Shown here: one piece after another, positions 58,414 through 64,000 of the stretch
Layout of the letters: each line of letters begins with the position of its first letter
Numbering within the stretch: the stretch's first letter is position 1
Assembly: GCA_042642485.1 (NCBI GenBank)
Contig: JBHRNN010000001.1
Span: 48,621-112,620 of the forward strand
Direction: 5' to 3'
Length of the DNA: 64,000 nt
Origin: Candidatus Saccharimonas sp.
Lineage (GTDB): Bacteria; Patescibacteriota; Saccharimonadia; Saccharimonadales; Saccharimonadaceae
Translations under genes and position numbers: made by a program
Notes under the pieces: generated by a model
Database searches by the model: none
Seen by the model: the letters and a program-made list of their open reading frames with translations, nothing else
Told to the model about the DNA's origin: nothing

Positions 58414-59073
58414 TTATTTTTTCCGTTTGGACGTCTTGGCTTTTGAGAATAAAACTTGGAGCTGTTTTTTGAGAGCCGCGCGGTTTGATGGTTTCTTGAG
58501 CGCGTGAATAATCATCGGCGAGACAGAGAGGAATATAATTATAAGCGCAGCAACCTCGATGTTAACGCCTGCTTTGGTAAGTAATTCACCGGCGTAATAA
58601 CCTAGATAAACAAACAGTGATGACCACAAGAATCCGCCGATAATGTTAAAAACCAAAAATGTTCTGTAATGCATTTTGCTGGCGCCAGCAACGATTGGCG
58701 CAAAAGTTCGGACGATTGGCGCAAAACGAGCCAACACGATAGTGATTGAACCGTGCTTGTCGTAGAATTTTTCAGTTTGTTCTAAATATTTTTTCTTGAA
58801 AAAACGCGAATTTTCTTTTTCAAATAATTTGCGGCCGACCTTATGTCCAAAACTATAGCCAACGCTATCACCTAGCACGGCTGCCAAAAATATCAGGATA
58901 GCGAATAGATGAATATCAATTGGCAAAATATGCTGTTGTACCATATATGCTGCCGTAAATAGCAAGCTGTCGCCTGGAAATATGAAGCCGATTAATAAAC
59001 CTGACTCAGCAAAAACTACCAATAAGATAATTGGCACGCCGAGATGAATAATTAAATTAATAAAGGCTTCCAT
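58414..59073 (-). CDS. DedA/VTT family membrane protein
   Basis: FAESGLLIGFIFPGDSLL, GDSVGY, ARFAPIVRTFAP; start MEAFIN. Confidence 0.93.
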   Translation of the reverse strand: MEAFINLIIHLGVPIILLVVFAESGLLIGFIFPGDSLLFTAAYMVQQHILPIDIHLFAILIFLAAVLGDSVGYSFGHKVGRKLFEKENSRFFKKKYLEQTEKFYDKHGSITIVLARFAPIVRTFAPIVAGASKMHYRTFLVFNIIGGFLWSSLFVYLGYYAGELLTKAGVNIEVAALIIIFLSVSPMIIHALKKPSNRAALKKQLQVLFSKAKTSKRKK

Positions 59074-59263
59074 GCTAGAGATGATTATAGCACAGATTTC
59101 TAGCACCAGCTAATGGAACAGGTTTGGGTCTAAAAATTTATTATCGAAACGAATCGGGGATATCGTGAATTACCAGCTTGGTTAGAATCATTATCATAAA
59201 CATGTTATAATAGAGAAGCAATAGTAAACCTCCGGAAAGGTATCTAACGAAAGGAAGAGAGAA

Positions 59264-59968
59264 ATGGGAGAAAAAATTACTCTGAAGATTGCTAAGCGCG
59301 AAGTGCTTGGCAAAAAAGTTAAGACGCTACGTTGCCAAGGAATTACGCCAGGCGTGGTTTACGGTGCGGGTATGGAAGCGGTGCCGATTCAGGCTGAAGC
59401 TGGCGAAGTGCTGCGCGTCTATAAGCTAGCTGGCAAGCATACGCCCGTCCAGTTGCTAGGCAGCGAGCGGCGCATAGCGATGATTAAGGATGTTGAATCA
59501 TATCCGACTAGGTCAAATGCTCTTCGCCATATTTCTTTTCACGCAGTTCGGGCTGATGAGCCGGTGATTGCCGAAGTGCCGATTCGTTTGAGCGGTACAG
59601 GAGAATCTGAGGCGGAGCGTGCCGGCTTGGTAGTGCTACAAGCGCTTGAAAAGATCAAGGTCAAGGCCTTGCCGATGGATCTACCGGAAGCATTGGAGGC
59701 GCCGACGAGCGGTCTCGTTAAAGAAGGCGACCGCGTGACCGTGGGCGATATTGTTTTGCCGGATGGTGTTGAGCTGGTCGATAGCGACGACGGCCGCGAA
59801 GGCACGGCTGACGACGACATTACGGTCAAAGATTTGGTTGTGGCAAACGTCTATGAGCCGAGCGCTCTAGCAGCTGCCAACGATGCGGCGGCCGGCGAAG
59901 CTGAGTCCGCTGACGCCGAACAAGTCGAGGTTACGGGAGAAGCTGAAAAAGCTGAAACGTCAGAATAG
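59264..59968 (+). CDS. rplY: 50S ribosomal protein L25 (CTC-type)
   Basis: LR..G.TPGVVYG, HISFH, VPIRL, ALPMDLPE; acidic tail. Confidence 0.92.
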   Translation: MGEKITLKIAKREVLGKKVKTLRCQGITPGVVYGAGMEAVPIQAEAGEVLRVYKLAGKHTPVQLLGSERRIAMIKDVESYPTRSNALRHISFHAVRADEPVIAEVPIRLSGTGESEAERAGLVVLQALEKIKVKALPMDLPEALEAPTSGLVKEGDRVTVGDIVLPDGVELVDSDDGREGTADDDITVKDLVVANVYEPSALAAANDAAAGEAESADAEQVEVTGEAEKAETSE

Positions 59969-59986
59969 TCTGACCTTAGAATAGCG

Positions 59987-60018
59987 AAAAACGCCGTCAT
60001 GATTTGGCGGTGTTTTTC
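59987..60018. terminator. Bidirectional terminator
   Basis: AAAAACGCCG-TCATGATTT-GGCGGTGTTTTT-type hairpin between convergent genes. Confidence 0.75.
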
Positions 60019-60048
60019 TATTGTTGTTACAGTCGGAAATGCTAGAAA

Positions 60049-61821
60049 TTATTCCTCGATGAATCCGCCTGATTGCCGCGCCCACAACTTGGCGTAAACG
60101 CCGCGTTTTTTGGCGAGCAGCTGGTCGTGTGTGCCGTCTTCAACGATCTGACCGTTATCCAGGACGATGATACGGTCAAGTTTAGCGATGGTCGATAAGC
60201 GGTGGGCGATGACAATTGACGTTCGGTTTTTCATCAACGTTTCCAGCGACTTTTGGATTAGCGCTTCTGACTCTGAGTCTAATGCCGATGTCGCCTCGTC
60301 AAGGACTAGAATTGGCGCATCTTTCAAAATCGCCCTGGCAATGGCGATACGCTGCCGCTGTCCGCCCGAAAGTTTGACGCCGCGTTCACCAACTAGCGTG
60401 TCAAAACCGTCTTGCAGTTTGACGATGAAATCATAGGCGCCAGCCTTCTTAGCAGCTTTTTCAATTTCGGCATCAGTCGCGTCGGGTCGGCTGTAGGCGA
60501 TATTCTCGCGGACGGAGCGGTGAAATAGCAGCGGCTCTTGCGGCACATAGGCGATTTGTTCGCGTAGACTTACCTGGGTAACTTCAGCAATATCTTGCGA
60601 GTCGATGGTGATCTTGCCCGAGTCAATATCGGCAAATCGTAGTAATAATTTGGTGAGGGTAGTTTTGCCAGACCCGCTTGATCCGACTAAGCCGATTTTT
60701 TCGCCTGGCTGAATATTGAGCGAGAAATCATGAAACAAGGTATCGCCTTGGCCTTCGTCGTGCGTAAAGGTCACATTGTCCATGACAATGCCGCCGCGTT
60801 TAATTTTTAGTTTTTTGTCGCTGCGATCAACTAGCGTCGTTGGTGTTTTAAGGATTTCTACCATCTCGTGAGCATCGCCAATAATACGATTGTAACTGCG
60901 CATGATGCCATTCATGTTCCACAACTCGTGCGCCACGCTGCCCGTATACGTTATGATTAAGTAAACTGATGCTATTGATACTAAATTGTGCTGAGCGGCG
61001 TATACTGCAAAAGCAATTGCGCCAATTTTGATAATCGTGTTGATGGTCGAATAAACGGTACTAACTTTCAAGAAACCGCGCATCGTGCCCAAGCTAGCGC
61101 TGCGCCATGAACCGACCGTTTTTGAAAAGCGGTTTTGTTCTAGCGATTCAGCGCCAGACGATTTAACTGCTAGGATGTTTGAAACCATGTCGGCTAATTG
61201 GCCGCTAACTTTATTGCTGGCTTTAGCCTCTTTTTCGCTCAATTTGGCCATTGGCCTAGAGCCAAAATAGACGGCAATACTAAAAATAATTGAAAAGACA
61301 AACAGGAATAAAGCATATTGCCAAATTAATGTCGATAAGATAATTATTGATCCAATTAAAGATATAGCTAATGGCAAAATCGACCAAAAAATTGTATCCC
61401 AAAAACGTTCGACTGCACCGTTTAGTTTGTTAGTTTGGCTGACGAGCGAACCGCCAAATTTATTAGCATGGAAAAACATTGTTTGATTGGTCAATTTACT
61501 AAAGCAGCGCGAGTGTAAATCGCGTTGCAATGCAGTCTCGAACGTCCAAACTAGATACAGTACCAAGCGCCAGCCAATCACCGTTGAACACAGTTCGCTA
61601 ACGCCATATAGAACAATTAGCGTCCATAAATTGTTAGCAGTTTGCAGCTGGTTGTGCTGGATAATATTAAGCAGCTCTGCAATAACAAGCGGGCCGACAA
61701 AAATAGAAATAACGATTGTAGTAATTGCAAAAAATATAGCTAGATTTCTGCGGCGCCTGTAGGGTACAGATACTTGCCAGAATAGGCGTAAAATTTCTTT
61801 ATCGTTAATTTTATTTTTCAA
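60049..61821 (-). CDS. ABC exporter (fused TMD and NBD)
   Basis: About 6 TM helices; GSSGSGKTT, LSGGQRQR, ILVLDEATSALD; TTG start with AGGAG. Confidence 0.93.
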   Translation of the reverse strand: MKNKINDKEILRLFWQVSVPYRRRRNLAIFFAITTIVISIFVGPLVIAELLNIIQHNQLQTANNLWTLIVLYGVSELCSTVIGWRLVLYLVWTFETALQRDLHSRCFSKLTNQTMFFHANKFGGSLVSQTNKLNGAVERFWDTIFWSILPLAISLIGSIIILSTLIWQYALFLFVFSIIFSIAVYFGSRPMAKLSEKEAKASNKVSGQLADMVSNILAVKSSGAESLEQNRFSKTVGSWRSASLGTMRGFLKVSTVYSTINTIIKIGAIAFAVYAAQHNLVSIASVYLIITYTGSVAHELWNMNGIMRSYNRIIGDAHEMVEILKTPTTLVDRSDKKLKIKRGGIVMDNVTFTHDEGQGDTLFHDFSLNIQPGEKIGLVGSSGSGKTTLTKLLLRFADIDSGKITIDSQDIAEVTQVSLREQIAYVPQEPLLFHRSVRENIAYSRPDATDAEIEKAAKKAGAYDFIVKLQDGFDTLVGERGVKLSGGQRQRIAIARAILKDAPILVLDEATSALDSESEALIQKSLETLMKNRTSIVIAHRLSTIAKLDRIIVLDNGQIVEDGTHDQLLAKKRGVYAKLWARQSGGFIEE

Positions 61822-61954
61822 AAGTATCTCCTTCTTTTGTGCAGTTTATATTGTGAGCAGTTTGATCATTGGTAAGGTGATTCAAACGCGAGATTTAGAG
61901 GAACTCTTTTGGCTCGAGTTCATAGATTAACCAATTATAAGGTATAATCTTGGT

Positions 61955-62758
61955 ATGAGTCAAGAACAAACAATTTCGTATGTTTTAATAACAGGCACTA
62001 CTAGTGGCTTGGGCAGAGAATTTGCTCGTATATTTGCGCAAAATGGTTATAATATCGTTGCTGTTGCGCGTAACGAAGTTCTATTGCAACAGCAAAAACA
62101 GGAGTTAGAACGCCAGTTTGGCGTTGAAATGGTCTACATAGTTAAAGATTTGAGTGCTGAGAATAGCGCTCAAGAAGTTTATGATGAGATTAAATATAAA
62201 GGCATTAATATAGATATCTTAATTAACAATGCTGGGTTTGGTTCGTTTGGCCGCTATATTGATGTCGATTGGCAGCGCCAGAAAGGGCTCGCTAGCGTTA
62301 ATATGCTGGCCGTGATGCAGTTATCATATCTATTTGGTAAAGATATGGATCGTCGCGGTGAGGGTAAGATTGTTAATATTGCATCGATTGCCTCGTTTCA
62401 AGCTGGGCCGTACATGGCGATGTATTATGCGTCGAAAGCTTTTGTCCGCTCGTTTTCTGAAGCTTTGCATGAAGAAATGAAAAGTTCTGGCGTGTCGGTG
62501 ACGGCGATTTGCCCAGGTCCGGTAGCGACTAATTTTGAAAGAAATGCTAATATGATAAACTCGGCAATGTTCACTAGGCTCAGAGTTTATACACCAGAAG
62601 TAGTTGCTGCGAAAAGCTATCGCGCTATCATGAATAACAAAGCAGTGTATGTAGTTGGTTGGCCGAATAAACTTTTGGTGTTTTTGACGCGATTTTGTAG
62701 CTTGAAGTTTAGTAGAATTCTCGCTAGTAAAATTAATTTAGGTGGCGGGCGAAAATAG
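61955..62758 (+). CDS. Short-chain dehydrogenase/reductase
   Basis: TGTTSGLG, LINNAGFG, YYASK, CPGPV. Confidence 0.93.
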   Translation: MSQEQTISYVLITGTTSGLGREFARIFAQNGYNIVAVARNEVLLQQQKQELERQFGVEMVYIVKDLSAENSAQEVYDEIKYKGINIDILINNAGFGSFGRYIDVDWQRQKGLASVNMLAVMQLSYLFGKDMDRRGEGKIVNIASIASFQAGPYMAMYYASKAFVRSFSEALHEEMKSSGVSVTAICPGPVATNFERNANMINSAMFTRLRVYTPEVVAAKSYRAIMNNKAVYVVGWPNKLLVFLTRFCSLKFSRILASKINLGGGRK

Positions 62759-62834
62759 CCTAGTCTGATCAGCAATTTAATTGTAAAAACATGACCAAGA
62801 AGTGTAGTGTGGTAAGTTTTGTAAAAAAGTATTG

Positions 62835-62867
62835 TATTTTTATTGTAAATGATTTACAATAAAAATA
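62835..62867. promoter_or_regulatory. Perfect 16-1-16 palindrome; candidate Fur/PerR-family operator
   Basis: TATTTTTATTGTAAAT-G-ATTTACAATAAAAATA overlaps the TACAAT -10 and the start codon. Confidence 0.75.
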
Positions 62868-63277
62868 TGACACAAATAGTTAGTCGACGAATCACGAAAT
62901 ATACTGATAGTATACTATCGATTTTATGCCAGCTGCAGCATGCTACTAATGCCGAGATTACTAGCCGGTTGAGAGAGTCTTATTCAAATGTTAGCGACAC
63001 TACGGTGCATCGTATTACGCAACGTCTGCAGGGTGATGGCGTTATTGGACTGGCACCCGCGTCAAGGCAGGGCTGTTTGCGGTACGACTTTTCACCGGAA
63101 TCGCACGATCATTTCATATGCAGCGAGTGCGATAGTTTACAGGATATTAAAGTTCCTGATTCAGTGCGTTGCCAGATCGGGCGCCAGCTTGATGGCTGCT
63201 GTTTCGACGGTCCTTTAGTCATTACTGGAGTATGTCAACAATGTAAAAATAGAAGGAGGAATTATGGCATTAATTAG
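62867..63277 (+). CDS. Fur/PerR family transcriptional regulator
   Basis: wHTH (HATNAEI..VSDTTVHR), HDHFICSEC, and C-terminal GVCQQC. Confidence 0.88.
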   Translation: MTQIVSRRITKYTDSILSILCQLQHATNAEITSRLRESYSNVSDTTVHRITQRLQGDGVIGLAPASRQGCLRYDFSPESHDHFICSECDSLQDIKVPDSVRCQIGRQLDGCCFDGPLVITGVCQQCKNRRRNYGIN

Positions 63278-63602
63278 TATTACCACTAAGCAAGAGTTTG
63301 AAGAAAAAGTACTAAAAAGCAAGCGTCCGGTCTTGGTCGATTTTTGGGCGCCATGGTGTCCGCCGTGTCGAGCGATGGCGCCAATATTGCAGCAGATCGC
63401 TGACGAGACAGATTTTGATGTCGTCAAAATTGACACTGATGCTAGTAATGACAACAAAGAACTGGCTATACACTACCGCGTGCAGGGCATCCCAAATATG
63501 AAGATTTTTGCTGCTGGCGAGGAGGTTGCTGAGCTGATCGGTATGAAACCAAAACAGACGCTAATTGATGCATTGGAAGGGGCTAGTAAAGTAGAGAATT
63601 AG
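63264..63602 (+). CDS. trxA: Thioredoxin
   Basis: VLVDFWAPWCPPCR, VQGIPN. Confidence 0.93.
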   Translation: MALISITTKQEFEEKVLKSKRPVLVDFWAPWCPPCRAMAPILQQIADETDFDVVKIDTDASNDNKELAIHYRVQGIPNMKIFAAGEEVAELIGMKPKQTLIDALEGASKVEN

Positions 63603-63643
63603 CGTATTGCACATTAATATTAACGCCAAGTATAATATAGTTT

Positions 63644-64000
63644 ATGAAGTGTACTGATAATAGCCTGGCTTATTATTGTCTATTGGCTATAATGTCAGGC
63701 AGCGTACTGGCGGCTACTGCTTTTGCGCCCCATTGGATATTGCAGTTACCGGCTATATTAGCTACAGCACCAATATTTTGGCTGCTGCGAAATGTGTCCG
63801 TAAAGTATACATATGCGGTAGGCGTGTGTTTTACGCTCGCTTGGCTGATACCGACGACATATTGGTATTATACTTTCATGCTGCCTGGCGTTGCGTTTGC
63901 GGCAAGCGTCGGATGGGCGGCATTGGTCTCTAATCTATTTTGGCTTGTTGGCTTGAGGAAGAAAATTGGAACACTGGCGGTCTGGATATTATTCACTCTT
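63644..64000 (+). CDS. Polytopic membrane protein, possibly the N-terminus of an Lnt-like acyltransferase; runs off the window end
   Basis: My translation from ATG 63644, MKCTDNSLAYYCLLAIMSGSVLAATAFAPHW...LAWLIPTTYWYYTF..., is open to the window end. Confidence 0.55.
   Translation, partial: MKCTDNSLAYYCLLAIMSGSVLAATAFAPHWILQLPAILATAPIFWLLRNVSVKYTYAVGVCFTLAWLIPTTYWYYTFMLPGVAFAASVGWAALVSNLFWLVGLRKKIGTLAVWILFTL

Noticed and set aside
1..64000. Alternative genetic code (TGA recoding as in Gracilibacteria/Absconditabacteria)
   Set aside because: Conserved genes are full length under code 11, and several end in TGA at expected positions (e.g. rsmA, tatD, iscS).

Overview
Gene-dense 64 kb chromosomal window, most consistent with a Candidatus Saccharibacteria (TM7, Patescibacteria/CPR) genome. 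That assignment is inferred from gene content: a type IV pilin cluster, a shortened AlaS, large secreted hypotheticals and short intergenic regions. It holds about 55 CDSs and 7 tRNAs. Cell-wall genes: murT-like, murB, HTH-murA fusion, two DUF348/G5 muralytic enzymes, pgeF-like, YdcF-like, ftsA-like, mltG, LysM-CHAP. Housekeeping genes: glyA, folD, pyk, tpiA, pcrA, rsmA, metG, tatD, iscS, mnmA, alaS, ruvX, obgE, sbcB, uvrA, rplY, trxA. It also has a five-gene pilin cluster with an RCC1-repeat PilX-like protein and several surface proteins. I saw no CRISPR array, rRNA, integrase or transposase. Main observations: (1) an N-terminally membrane-anchored Hsp100/Clp ATPase coupled to a small membrane protein; (2) an FtsA/PilM-like ATPase coupled to a bitopic baseplate-J-like protein, RuvX and MltG; (3) a surface protein with a spherulin-4/GH135-like domain apparently inserted into an Ig-like domain; (4) a tRNA-His leader carrying both a sense and an antisense copy of the tRNA 5' half; (5) a probable ATT start codon for a LysM-CHAP hydrolase; (6) widespread leaderless-type gene starts; (7) an in-frame palindromic insertion in mnmA; (8) two pseudogenes. 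All calls come from reading motifs by eye; no database searches were run.
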